Origin: an uncultured cyanobacterium
GTDB lineage: Bacteria > Cyanobacteriota > Cyanobacteriia > Cyanobacteriales > CAWUOF01
Assembly: GCA_963744145.1 (NCBI GenBank)
Contig: CAVUSO010000001.1
Location: 2,656,001-2,720,000, forward strand
Reading direction: 5' to 3'
Length of the DNA stretch: 64,000 nt
In this document: one piece after another, positions 19,790-30,121 of the stretch
Numbering within the stretch: position 1 is the first letter of the stretch
How the letters are laid out: each line of letters opens with the position of its first letter
Translations under genes and position numbers: made by a program
Notes under the pieces: model-generated
The model's database searches: none
Seen by the model: only the letters and a program-made list of their open reading frames with translations
What the model was told of the DNA's origin: nothing

Positions 19790-20737
19790 TTACAGTGATT
19801 GTTGCTCACTAAAGGTTCTCACGGTTTTTTCTAGACCTAAATCAGCTGCGATTAAATCAATTCCATCAATAATTTTAACGCGATCGCTAATTCCCAAAGC
19901 CGAAAAACATTTATCGCGATAATTGGGATGATTTTGAAAAAAAGATAGGGCTTTTTTTAATGGTTCAATTACCGGATAAGCTGTTTCTGCTTTCTCAATA
20001 GCTGCTTGAGGAATAATTGATTTAAGTCTTTGGATCGCTAAATCCATTAAATCTCGTGACTCTACTGAGGAGTCATTCCATCGATCGGAATTAGCTAAAA
20101 GTTTTTCAGCAAAACTATCGATTTCATTCAAACATGGTACGGGAGACCAATCTGGATAATCTGGTTTTCCTAATTCAATCCTTCCCTCCCTAACAATTTC
20201 AAATTTAATCAGAGTTTCATCAACTCTAATGGCAAATCTTACACCATATTGGTCAGCTTTAATTTCTCCAGATAATTCAAGATCATCTTGAGTATTAAAG
20301 AGCGCATTATATTGATTTTCAAATATTTTTTTTCGGAGCAAACGATACCCAGCACTACTAGCACAGAGAAAAGCTAGATCTTTGCTTAATCTATATTCTC
20401 CATGATTTAAGCTAATCATACTACCACCACCAAAATAGATCTCACACTCTAGGAACAAGTCAGCTTTTAATTGATGGAGAATCTTGAAAATATTTTGCCG
20501 AAATTTCTGCTCCAACATTTCTGTTTCTAACCATGAATTATAGAATTGAGCCAAATGTTTAATAAATAATGATTCGACTGGGTTTAAATCCGCTAAAACT
20601 CCTTGGTATCGCCAACCTCTTTCATATATTCTCAGCATTTCTAACCGGGTTAGATTTTCAATATTCAGTCTTTGCCAACATAATTTTTCTAAAAATGGCA
20701 ATTGATCAGGAATGTCAATTTCTGGTTCAATAAACAT
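19790..20737 (-). CDS. AbiEii/AbiGii-type nucleotidyltransferase toxin with an N-terminal antitoxin-like domain
   Basis: YFGGGS...EYRLSKDLAF, ADQYGVR, IKFEIVREGR, EKLLANSDR and SRDLMDL motifs, plus a ~73-aa N-terminal extension (LCWQ...IYERGWRY). Confidence 0.75.
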   Translation of the reverse strand: MFIEPEIDIPDQLPFLEKLCWQRLNIENLTRLEMLRIYERGWRYQGVLADLNPVESLFIKHLAQFYNSWLETEMLEQKFRQNIFKILHQLKADLFLECEIYFGGGSMISLNHGEYRLSKDLAFLCASSAGYRLLRKKIFENQYNALFNTQDDLELSGEIKADQYGVRFAIRVDETLIKFEIVREGRIELGKPDYPDWSPVPCLNEIDSFAEKLLANSDRWNDSSVESRDLMDLAIQRLKSIIPQAAIEKAETAYPVIEPLKKALSFFQNHPNYRDKCFSALGISDRVKIIDGIDLIAADLGLEKTVRTFSEQQSL

Positions 20738-20747
20738 TGGCTTTGCT

Positions 20748-20978
20748 CTAATAGTTTTGGTTCAGATATTTAATGATTAACCTCCACTTTTCATTAATCC
20801 GATCGCTGAGTTGATTAAAAGTCTCTTCGTCCCCATCTTTAATCACATAACCAAAACCAGCTAGTCTAATTAATTGTTCTAGACGGTGACGAGAGATTAA
20901 ATATCTCCCACCTCTTTCACGGAAAGTATTATAGATATAAGTAACAACATCTTGAGCAACAAGATCCAAATCAATCAT
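20748..20978 (-). CDS. Small hypothetical protein
   Basis: 76-aa ORF with a GGAGG RBS upstream, ending 10 bp before the AbiEii-like gene. Confidence 0.6.
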   Translation of the reverse strand: MIDLDLVAQDVVTYIYNTFRERGGRYLISRHRLEQLIRLAGFGYVIKDGDEETFNQLSDRINEKWRLIIKYLNQNY

Positions 20979-21143
20979 CGGAATTTCCTCCTTTTGTACC
21001 CAATGATATTATCCATCTCTTGAGCGAAAATTTATCTGATTAGCGATCAATATTTTTTAGCGATCGCTTGCGTTTATTTAAAAAATTTTCCTAAAAATAC
21101 AGCATCTAGTTTTATTTGTCAAGGGTCTACTCAATTTAGATTA

Positions 21144-23377
21144 CTATTTGTGATTAGTGACTAAATCAGCTAAGATTGAGGTTAGCTCAGGTGGAATTAG
21201 GGTAAACCGGATGTAAAAACCTTTATTACTATCTGCTAATTTTCCAGAAACTTTGGCATATATATCTCCGAATTTCTGATTCATTTCTGGTTTGATTAAT
21301 AGTTGAATTTTAATATTACTAAATGGCTCAACTGCATATTCTGAATGGATTTCAGCACTATTGATTGAGAGTTTGACTAAATTTCCTGGGGAAAATTTTT
21401 CATCGATATGCTTACCCTGAATAATCGCAAAATTGAGGGGAATCTCGGTTTTTAGATGCACCAGAATATCTTCTTCTTTAGGCAAAAATAGCTGATATTT
21501 ACCAGCAATACCACCAACGTCATAGATAGTAATATGCTCATCAAAACCTTTGGGTTGTACGGACATTAATTTATGAATTTTGATCACATCTTTAATCTCT
21601 TGGAGCGTCCACTCAGAAATGAATATTTCTCCACCTGCTGTATAAGATTCAATCCGAGAAGTTAGATTAATTGGACTCCCAATTACATCATATTTAGCGC
21701 GTTTTTTTGAACCAATATTCCCGACAATTACCTCACCCGTATTCAGTCCAATTCCCATCTGGAGTTTGGGTAAACCTAATCCTTCTAATTGCTCATTAAG
21801 TGGAAACATTGCTTGTTGCATAGCGATCGCACAAGCAACACCTCGTTCCGGATCATCTTTTCTTTGGGTTGGAGCACCAAATAGGACTAAAATTGCATCA
21901 CCAATAAAATCACCTATCGTCCCCTGGTATTCGGTAATCACATCCGTCATTTTTTCCAGATAGATGTTTAACATTTCTACCACTTTTTCTGGTGATAATC
22001 TTTCCGATATTGCCGAAAAACCCCTTAAATCAGACATGAGAATTGTAATTTTTCGTCGCTCACCTCCTAATTTTAATCCTGTAGGTGTTTCTAATAAACT
22101 CTCCACTACTTCATCGGTGAGATAACGACTAAAAATATTGCGGATATTGTCAGCAGTACGCGCAATATAAGCATTGATGGTGATTGCTGATCCTAATAAA
22201 GCTAAAGTTGGTGGGATTAAGGGAATCCACCATCCTGATAAGAAAGCTAAATAACAAATTCCCAATAAACTTCCGAAAGGTAATAAAACTCCTACTACAA
22301 ACTGGAATAAAAACTTAGTAAATCCCCCCGTATATCTCCATTTCCAACTGAGCGTAGCACCGACCACAGACCAAGCAAAAATCCACCAAAATTCTAGGGA
22401 TTTAGTCCAGGTTTGAATTAGCGATCGCCCGGAAAGTACACTACTCAATATTTGACTAATTAAGTTGGCATGAATTTCTACCCCGGAAGTTTCATCAGGT
22501 ATGCCGATCGGTGTGCTACTATAGGGAGTCAGGAAGAAATCTTTTTGACTTTGGGTAATGGAACCAATTAAAACAATGCGATCGCGTAGAAAATTAGCAG
22601 GAATTCGATCTTCTAAAACATCTGTCACTGAAATCATCGAAAAACTGTTAGCTGGTCCTCGATAGTTCAATAAGATCTGATATCCTTGAGCATTAGCATG
22701 AACATAACCCCCATCATTTTCTTTAAACGGAACAAACACAGTTTGACCGAATTGCAAATAATCCGCATTGATTGCTGATGGTTTCGCCAAAATCCCTAAC
22801 TTATTTAGATAAATTTCTGCTAATCTAAGCCCAAAACTAGGTACAATTTCTCCAGTTTTACTTGCTAAATAAAGAAAATATCGCCGAATCTTCGTATCCG
22901 CATCCAGGAGGACGTCATTTGCACCAATTTGTCCGAGCTTACTTAATTCTGGTGGAGGATTAATTGGTGAGTCTTTATTATTACCAACAACTTTCCTAAT
23001 TCCAATTAAATTAGGAGTAGATTGAAACACATGGGCTAACTTTTCAGCTCCTGTTCCTTCTGGTAAATCCCGAAACAATTTAGACCAATAGCGATGGGTT
23101 GTTGTTGTTTTAACTTTTCCAGTAGTTGGGCTAATATTTCATCGGGCATCACAGCCCGACCTAGTTTTTGAATATCAGATTCAGCAATCCCTACAATGAC
23201 AATACGTGAATCAATCGGCTCTCGTGGACGTAGACAAAATAATTGGTCAAATGCTGCTAATTCAAATATATGCAATAGCCCAATCATCCGCAACCCCATC
23301 ACCAATCCTGTGATGGTTGGAGCTGTGATTAATGGGCCACGCCATTCCCACAACAGCTTATTCAGCTTTGCCCACAT
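21144..23377 (-). CDS. CHASE2-domain class III nucleotide cyclase, split by an apparent frameshift near 23079
   Basis: 23036..23377 gives the CHASE2 N-terminus (RIVIVGI.E.DI...AIGL). 21144..23078 continues FRDLP...GVEIHAN, three TMs, SDLRGFS, FIGDA, GIGLNTG and NLTSRIES. Confidence 0.88.
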
Positions 23378-23384
23378 AAAATGT

Positions 23385-24251
23385 TTAGGGTGTGATTGGT
23401 TTGGATTGAGTGGTTTGAGTTTCGAGTTGACAACAATTAACTAAAGGCTCTTTAATAAAAGGTTGCAAGTTAACCGAGGTTAACAAATTGTCCCAATCAT
23501 TCAACAACTTTGAGTTATTAGGATCATTACGACGCAACTCAGCTAGACTAGCTAAAGCTTCATACCAGATCCCATCGTTTGCGTAAAAATTGGGAATATC
23601 AAGTGGTTTTGCTGTTTTTAGCTGACCTACCAGGTTGTCACTAGGATTGCCGATTTGGACCCAACCAGGGTTACTTACTTCATCACCACTGCGATCTGTA
23701 GGATTACATATTAATACCAAATACCATTCATAAGTTTTGCCACTTTCTAAAGACTTGTCAGAGGGTAAATTAATGCTCGCAATACCAGACGTACTAGGAA
23801 CAGCGAAGCTATTTCTGTAAATTAACTGATTGTTTTCATCAATGAGGATAAATTCCCCAGTGGTAGCTGTTGATTGCGGAATATAGGCCAAAAATGTTGG
23901 AGATTGAGATACTGTTAATCCGATTTTATCGGTTAGTGCTAAAGCGGTCAAACTCTTGTCATTTGATGAAATACAGGAACCACCTCTTCGCGATCCAGCA
24001 CTTTCTGTGGTCGGAGGTGCCCCAATATCAGATCTAGGTACAAATTGAGCAATTTCCCAACCATTGGTTATTCTTTGGTTAAAGATTGTCTGATCTGACA
24101 ATTCTTGTCTTTGTGCTGCAAATCCAGGACTAATAAATATCTCTAGAGATAGAGTTACGGAAAGAGTCACAATCGGGAATGGGGATTTTCTCAAAACCAT
24201 AACAAAGTTTGGGATAAATTTAGGTTTTATGTTTATTATAAATCTCATCAA
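23385..24251 (-). CDS. DUF928 domain protein
   Basis: GAP...AGSRRGGSC, GLTVSQSPTFLAYIP and YANDGIWYEAL...WDNLLTSVNL motifs. Directly upstream of a CHASE2 gene, the usual context. Confidence 0.88.
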   Translation of the reverse strand: MMRFIINIKPKFIPNFVMVLRKSPFPIVTLSVTLSLEIFISPGFAAQRQELSDQTIFNQRITNGWEIAQFVPRSDIGAPPTTESAGSRRGGSCISSNDKSLTALALTDKIGLTVSQSPTFLAYIPQSTATTGEFILIDENNQLIYRNSFAVPSTSGIASINLPSDKSLESGKTYEWYLVLICNPTDRSGDEVSNPGWVQIGNPSDNLVGQLKTAKPLDIPNFYANDGIWYEALASLAELRRNDPNNSKLLNDWDNLLTSVNLQPFIKEPLVNCCQLETQTTQSKPITP

Positions 24252-24397
24252 TAGTTGATCGCCTTAATTTTTAGCCTTTTTTTCAATTTTTTTGATAAAA
24301 TTTAACAACCGGAAAATGTAAGTGTTATTTAGTGATGAAAAAGTTACAGCCGATCTTAATGCCCACTAATTGTGCAGATGCTAAAATTTTTGTGAAA

Positions 24398-25579
24398 ATG
24401 AATCGGAGATGGTTTTTAGCTAGTATGGGGGCTTTGGCTTTTAGCCCAATTATTTCTGGATGTAATAGTCAGGAACAGAAAAATCTCCTCATTCGACTAC
24501 TCAAAAATGCTGTTCCTCCTCAATTTGTCAATGAATTTAGTAAAAGAATAAATTCAGCACCGAATTTAGATTTTACTTCAGTTGCCCAATTAAAAGATTT
24601 ATTTGATCAACTCCAACAAGGTCAACAAGAATCAGCTCTGGGAGGAAAACCAAAATCTAAACTACCCTTTCCCATTCCTTTAATTAGTTCTCCGATCGTA
24701 ACGATTCCTGATTTAGTCATGTTAGGTGATTATTGGTTGAGTCTAGCGATTAAACAAGGTTTGATTCAACCTTTAGATGTGAAACAGTTATCTTTGTGGT
24801 CTACATTACCAAGTCGTTGGCAAAATTTTGTTAAACGTAATGAACAAGGTGAATTAGATCCACATGGACAAATTTGGGCTGCACCTTATCGTTGGGGAAC
24901 TACTGCGATCGCTTATCATCGAGAGAAGTTTAAATCCTTAGGATGGACTCCTACCGATTGGTCTGATTTATGGAGAAGCGAATTGCGCGATCGCATTTCT
25001 TTATTAGACAGTCCCAGAGAAGTAATTGGGTTAACTTTAAAAAAACTTGGTTATTCTTACAATACACAGGAATTAGGGAAAATTCCGCATTTAAAACAGG
25101 AATTAAGCCAACTACATAAACAAGTTAAACTTTATAGTTCCACTGCTTATTTAGAACCTTTAATTTTGGGAGATACTTGGTTAGCAGTAGGTTGGTCTAC
25201 TGATATATTACATCAGATGGAAACTATGTCTGATGCGATCGGTGCAATCATTCCTCAATCTGGAACTGCTTTATGGTCAGAGTTATGGGTACAACCAACT
25301 AATATTAATCCAGATCATAGTAGTAAATTAAATTCTTTTGCTCAAGCATGGATTGATTTTTGTTGGCAACCTGATATTGCGGCTAAGATTTCGCTCCTAA
25401 CTCAGGGAACTTCTCCAGTTTTAACAGATATTACCCAAGCTGATTTACCAACAGAAATAAAGCAAAATAAATTGTTATTTCCCAGTCCTGAAATTTTCCA
25501 ACATAGCGAGTTTCTTGAACCTTTATCTACTCCAGCTATTAATCAGTATCGCTCCTTATGGGAGGAGATTCGGAGTTAG
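24398..25579 (+). CDS. Extracellular solute-binding lipoprotein (PotD/PotF-like)
   Basis: Twin-Arg lipoprotein signal MNRRWFL...SGC; PYRWGT, DWSDLW, LLDSPREVIG and GTALWSELW motifs. Confidence 0.85.
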   Translation: MNRRWFLASMGALAFSPIISGCNSQEQKNLLIRLLKNAVPPQFVNEFSKRINSAPNLDFTSVAQLKDLFDQLQQGQQESALGGKPKSKLPFPIPLISSPIVTIPDLVMLGDYWLSLAIKQGLIQPLDVKQLSLWSTLPSRWQNFVKRNEQGELDPHGQIWAAPYRWGTTAIAYHREKFKSLGWTPTDWSDLWRSELRDRISLLDSPREVIGLTLKKLGYSYNTQELGKIPHLKQELSQLHKQVKLYSSTAYLEPLILGDTWLAVGWSTDILHQMETMSDAIGAIIPQSGTALWSELWVQPTNINPDHSSKLNSFAQAWIDFCWQPDIAAKISLLTQGTSPVLTDITQADLPTEIKQNKLLFPSPEIFQHSEFLEPLSTPAINQYRSLWEEIRS

Positions 25580-25619
25580 TTGATTTTGGTGAGGGCGATC
25601 GTATTATTCCCATAAAAAT

Positions 25620-25999
25620 CAATACGGTTCAGTTAAGCGTAGGGGTGAAGCATTCGGGCGACAATAGAACAATCAAGCCAGAATATTATACCCGAATGCT
25701 TCACCCTTCTTCTGTGCCGAGGTCTCAAAAATATCCTTATACCAATTCACCATGAAGATACATTGATAAGATTGATCTGTGGGTGAGGGTGGGTTTTGAT
25801 GATTAGTAGGTAAATGTCAAACATCTCGGTGAACCCACCCCTACAGAAATCCGCAAATTGAGGATAAAATTGGTAGGGGCAGGTTCACCAGTCAATTTTG
25901 CCACCAACAGATCACCATTATAAACCTGCCCTGGCCTAACAGATCAACCTCAGATTAAGTGCAATTTCATAGTTAATTGGTATTAACTGAACCGTATTC
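25620..25999. mobile_element. Composite MITE (380 bp), same TIR family as 7299-7471, carrying a nested element and REP-like hairpins
   Basis: Perfect 16-bp IR AATACGGTTCAGTTAA / TTAACTGAACCGTATT. Flanks are CCATAAAAAT and CCATAAAAAC. Nested ATACCAATT...AATTGGTAT at 25739-25983. GTAGGGG-type hairpins inside. Confidence 0.8.
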
Positions 26000-26010
26000 C
26001 CATAAAAACA

Positions 26011-26050
26011 TAATAATCGCCTCAATTTAACCTGGTTGAGGCGATTATTA
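26011..26050. terminator. Probable bidirectional terminator hairpin
   Basis: Perfect 15-bp IR TAATAATCGCCTCAA / TTGAGGCGATTATTA between convergent genes. Confidence 0.7.
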
Positions 26051-26098
26051 TTTCTATGCTTAAGCTAGATCATTTTTGGTTTTAATGAGTCTCCCTGA

Positions 26099-29062
26099 TT
26101 AAGGAGTTGTAGTAGCTGGAGTTGTGGTTGAACTGCTAGGAGTGTTTGAACTGCTAGGAGTGGTTGAACTGCTAGGAGTGGTTGAACTGCTAGGAGTGGT
26201 TGAACTGCTAGGAGTTGTGGTTGAACTGCTAGGAGTGGTTGAACTGCTAGGAGTGGTTGAACTGCTAGGAGTGGTTGAACTGCTAGGAGTTGTGGTTGAA
26301 CTGCTAGGAGTTGTGGTTGAACTGCTAGGAGTTGTGGTTGAACTGCTAGGAGCGCTTGTATCGCTAGGAGTTGTAGTGGTAGGAGTTGTAGTGGCAGGAG
26401 TTGTAGTGGTAGGAGTTGTGCTACCAGAAGGAATTTGCTGGATACCAGTAGTTCCTGTGGGGGCTGGGGTAGAAGGAGATGAACTAGGGGTGCTAGGGGC
26501 TGGAATTTCTTGTAAACCTACTAAACCAGGGAATACACGACTAGGAGCACCAACTACAACATAAGTATGGCTATGACCGAAAGCTAGATGATGATGATGT
26601 TCTACACGGAAGTGCATTTTACCTTCACCTTCATCGTTATCAGCTCCATATACCTTGTATGAAGAATCAGGGTCAGAAAGATTAGACATTGCGAAAACGT
26701 TGATTGCAGATGCGGTGGAAGTAGTCTCCTGTGAGTTTGTGTTAGGACTGAGAACACTAGCTAAGGTGAGTGTATTATTAGCTGCTGGTTGATTAGATAG
26801 TGAAGAACCTAACAGTATTTGCAATGTAACTTGACCAGAAATATTTCCAGTGCTAGCTGTTGTTGTACCGTTTGTACCTGTACTACCAGTGGTTGTGCCT
26901 GTTGTACCGTTTGTACCTGTGCTGCCAGTGGTTGTGCCTGTTGTACCGTTTGTACCTGTGCTACCAGTGGTTGTGCCTGTTGTACCGTTTGTACCTGTGC
27001 TACCAGTGGTTGTGCCTGTTGTGCCGTTTGTACCTGCACTACCAGTGGTTGTGCCTGTTGTGCCGTTTGTACCTGTGCTACCAGTGGTTGTGCCTGTTGT
27101 ACCGTTTGTACCTGTACTACCAGTGGTTGTGCCTGTTGTACCGTTTGTACCTGTGCTACCAGTGGTTGTGCCTGTTGTACCGTTTGTACCTGTACTACCA
27201 GTGGTTGTGCCTGTTGTACCGTTTGTACCTGTGCTACCAGTGGTTGTGCCTGTTGTACCGTTTGTACCTGTGCTACCAGTGGTTGTGCCTGTTGTGCCGT
27301 TTGTACCTGTGCTACCAGTGGTTGTGCCTGTTGTGCCGTTTGTACCTGTGCTACCAGTGGTTGTGCCTGTTGTACCGTTTGTACCTGTACTACCAGTGGT
27401 TGTGCCTGTTGTACCGTTTGTACCTGTGCTACCAGTGGTTGTGCCTGTTGTACCGTTTGTACCTGTGCTACCAGTGGTTGTGCCTGTTGCACCGTTTGTA
27501 CCTGTGCTACCAGTGGTTGTGCCTGTTGTGCCGTTTGTACCTGTGCTACCAGTAACTCCAGCTCCACCTGTCGGACCACTATTAGTAGTAGTGCTAACAG
27601 GAGGGGTCACAGTACCACTGATACTAGAAGTAAATTGAGTTGATGTACCAGGGTTGCTAGAATTGCTGCTAGAACTGCTACTAGAATTGCTGCTATTTAA
27701 AGCACTAGAGCTGCTAGAACCAGTGTTATTGTTTTGGATGCTGCTACCGCTTAAACCTACAGCAGCTCCTATATTAAAGGATGTTGCGCCATTTCCTTGG
27801 GCACTAACCCCCCAGCCAAGACCTGTAACCAGTACACTAGAATGGCTTTTATCGCTATTAAAGCTGATTCCAGATTTGGCAGAGTCAAATACAGTAGTAC
27901 CGTTACCATTACCTTGGAGTTGATAGCTCGCTGGTGCATTAATATTAGCTTGAACACCATTGGTATTGACACCGCTAACATCAAAGTTTACTGGTCCGTT
28001 AATCGTTCCTTGAATCCGGAATTGGCTACCAACACCTGCAAGCTCGGTTTGAGCATTATTGCTATTGTTTTGATTATCGGTACTGGATATAGTAGTATTA
28101 TTAGTGCTACTGCTACCAGTGCTACTGCTACCAGTGCTACTGCTACCGCTGCTGCTGCTACCAGTGCTACCAGTGCTACCAGTGCTGCTGCTACCAGTGC
28201 TACCAGTGCTGCTGCTACCAGTGCTACCAGTGCTGTTGCTACCAGTGCTGTTGCTACTACTATTTTGAGAGTTATTAACTGTACCTTGAATCTGGAATCT
28301 GGTTACACCTGCATTGGTGTTAAAGCTGACTTTACCACCACCAGAATTGTCAGAGCTAATACTGGTAGTACCTCCTGCACTACCAGTTGTATATCCATAT
28401 AGTGAGAATTGAGTATCAGCTTTAGCTGTTAGACTATTACCGTCATATTGGATGAAATCGTTGGCAGCGGTAAATTTAGCATCAGGTGGAAGAGCGATAT
28501 TACCACCAGGTAAGTTCGCAGCAAAGGAACCTACATATAATCCACCTGGCTGAGATTGGTAGCTGTTACCTGATACACTAACGTTAGATACAGGTAAGAA
28601 AACTATTGGAGCTGAACCTGTTTGTTGTGGACTAAATAGGGTGCCGCCAAAAACTTGGCTATAGTTAAATGATGTTAGTTGAAAGTTCAGTGTGGTGGCA
28701 ATATTTTGGAAGAAGAAAGGCTGACCACTAGCCGAAAAAGCCCGACCTGCTAGACTTCCTTGTAAAATACCAGTTTCTCCACCTTTGGGAACTCCTGTGG
28801 TAGGATCTAAACGAGCAGCGCTGGGAGTAAAAATAGAATTAACTGTAACTCCGTTTGGGGTTTCCAGTCTGAGTGTATTAGTATTGACATCGAAAATAAC
28901 TGTATTGCCTTGTTGGGGTACGAAGAATGCTGCATTACCGCTAGTCCGACCACCTGTAACAGGGATATCTGCGTAACTTGCTGGCGCAATCGCGATCGCT
29001 AAACTTCCTGCTAAACTTAGACAAACTGCATATTTCATTGATTGGCTAGTCATGATTATCAT
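26099..29062 (-). CDS. Large secreted Ser/Thr/Gly-rich repeat protein
   Basis: Signal peptide ([23 protein letters not shown]), beta-rich N-terminal domains and long low-complexity repeat tracts. Confidence 0.8.
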   Translation of the reverse strand: MIIMTSQSMKYAVCLSLAGSLAIAIAPASYADIPVTGGRTSGNAAFFVPQQGNTVIFDVNTNTLRLETPNGVTVNSIFTPSAARLDPTTGVPKGGETGILQGSLAGRAFSASGQPFFFQNIATTLNFQLTSFNYSQVFGGTLFSPQQTGSAPIVFLPVSNVSVSGNSYQSQPGGLYVGSFAANLPGGNIALPPDAKFTAANDFIQYDGNSLTAKADTQFSLYGYTTGSAGGTTSISSDNSGGGKVSFNTNAGVTRFQIQGTVNNSQNSSSNSTGSNSTGSTGSSSTGSTGSSSTGSTGSTGSSSSGSSSTGSSSTGSSSTNNTTISSTDNQNNSNNAQTELAGVGSQFRIQGTINGPVNFDVSGVNTNGVQANINAPASYQLQGNGNGTTVFDSAKSGISFNSDKSHSSVLVTGLGWGVSAQGNGATSFNIGAAVGLSGSSIQNNNTGSSSSSALNSSNSSSSSSSNSSNPGTSTQFTSSISGTVTPPVSTTTNSGPTGGAGVTGSTGTNGTTGTTTGSTGTNGATGTTTGSTGTNGTTGTTTGSTGTNGTTGTTTGSTGTNGTTGTTTGSTGTNGTTGTTTGSTGTNGTTGTTTGSTGTNGTTGTTTGSTGTNGTTGTTTGSTGTNGTTGTTTGSTGTNGTTGTTTGSTGTNGTTGTTTGSTGTNGTTGTTTGSAGTNGTTGTTTGSTGTNGTTGTTTGSTGTNGTTGTTTGSTGTNGTTGTTTGSTGTNGTTTASTGNISGQVTLQILLGSSLSNQPAANNTLTLASVLSPNTNSQETTSTASAINVFAMSNLSDPDSSYKVYGADNDEGEGKMHFRVEHHHHLAFGHSHTYVVVGAPSRVFPGLVGLQEIPAPSTPSSSPSTPAPTGTTGIQQIPSGSTTPTTTTPATTTPTTTTPSDTSAPSSSTTTPSSSTTTPSSSTTTPSSSTTPSSSTTPSSSTTPSSSTTTPSSSTTPSSSTTPSSSTTPSSSNTPSSSTTTPATTTP
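26124..26350 (-). repeat. 18/21-bp coding tandem repeats ([13 protein letters not shown])
   Basis: Repeated GTGGTTGAACTGCTAGGA(GTT) units. Confidence 0.95.
26860..27555 (-). repeat. 39-bp coding tandem repeat, about 18 copies ([13 protein letters not shown])
   Basis: Near-identical units GTTGTACCGTTTGTACCTGTGCTACCAGTGGTTGTGCCT with no spacers. Confidence 0.95.
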
Positions 29063-29279
29063 CCTCAGTAAATAAAATCTTGATTAGGTAAAAAGCTATT
29101 TGCAGTAGCTTTTTTCGTTAAAAGTGTCCTGATTATGACCAGTTGAGCGCGTATTTAGATTTGACAATCGTTACTTGCAACTGGTTTAATCTTTTTTTTC
29201 ATCAGTTACCTACCCTGACGCAGGTGTTTTACTAAAGGTTCCCACCAGGTTAAAAAATTTTGGTCAGTTAATCATCCCA

Positions 29280-29327
29280 AAATAGATATAGGCAACTAAC
29301 TACTAAGTTAATTGCCTATATCTATTT
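29280..29327. terminator. Long hairpin downstream of 29402..29821
   Basis: AAATAGATATAGGCAAcTAACT / AGTTAaTTGCCTATATCTATTT inverted repeat. Confidence 0.6.
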
Positions 29328-29401
29328 ATAGATCCACTGATTTAAAAAAAAACTTGACTAGTTGATATTTTCTGGTATAATAGCGCCAAACTTAAACTCT
29401 C

Positions 29402-29821
29402 TTACTCTGAAAACTTCTTAAATTCAGAAAAAGAAAAATTTGTCGAATTCCTAACTTTTTGTAACCCGGTCAATCCTGGAAATATCCGACTAGGTACTCC
29501 CACGGGAAGGTAGAGGGAGTCAGTAGCTAAATGATTCTCTTGAATGAGGTTAAGTGTAGGATTAAATTGAAAGAGAAAGCTCGGATCGTTAATAAACTGA
29601 TTGTGGGGTGTTTCTAGTTGAGTTAACCCAGATAATTGTCCAGTTTGGGTTGAGGTGAAATCTACATTTAACCTTGGCAATGTGGTGTTAAAGCGACTGG
29701 AATTGGTGGCAGTATTATTGATAACTTGAGCTAGGGTTGGGTGAGGTAGTAGGATAAGTTCTAAAAAACAGCTTATAACTAAACCCAATCCTACACAAAA
29801 GCTGGTAGATGGACTAAGCAT
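29402..29821 (-). CDS. Small putative secreted protein
   Basis: Hydrophobic N-terminus ending PTLAQ. The C-terminal VGVPSRIFPGLTGLQ motif is shared with the large neighbour. Confidence 0.65.
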   Translation of the reverse strand: MLSPSTSFCVGLGLVISCFLELILLPHPTLAQVINNTATNSSRFNTTLPRLNVDFTSTQTGQLSGLTQLETPHNQFINDPSFLFQFNPTLNLIQENHLATDSLYLPVGVPSRIFPGLTGLQKVRNSTNFSFSEFKKFSE

Positions 29822-30121
29822 AAATCACACCATGTATATTTTTATGGGAATCTGTAAAAAATAAACGGGTCTACCCGGGTGCTAGAATTAGCGCAGCGGT
29901 ATTTAGTTTCTTATATTCACTATGACTCCGATTTAAAAGAAAAAACCAGCTAGAAAATATCTTTTTATTAAGAAAAGAATATATAAAGACCTAGAGCAAA
30001 GTAAAAGTCGGGATGGGATAGATAAAAAACCGATCGCTCAAAGGGTCAAGCGATCGGATTCCAATGAAGAGCTGACACTGGTTAGAGCTACTGAAAATAT
30101 CACAGTAGAGTAACTCAATTA

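Noticed and set aside
26860..27555. Possible CRISPR array
   Set aside because: Head-to-tail repeats with no unique spacers, length a multiple of 3, inside a CDS, and no cas genes in the window.
26809..27643. Long alternative-frame ORFs ([22 protein letters not shown] and AQVQTVQQ repeats)
   Set aside because: These are shadows of the stop-free 39-bp repeat inside the 987-aa gene, whose frame has a signal peptide and continues on both sides.
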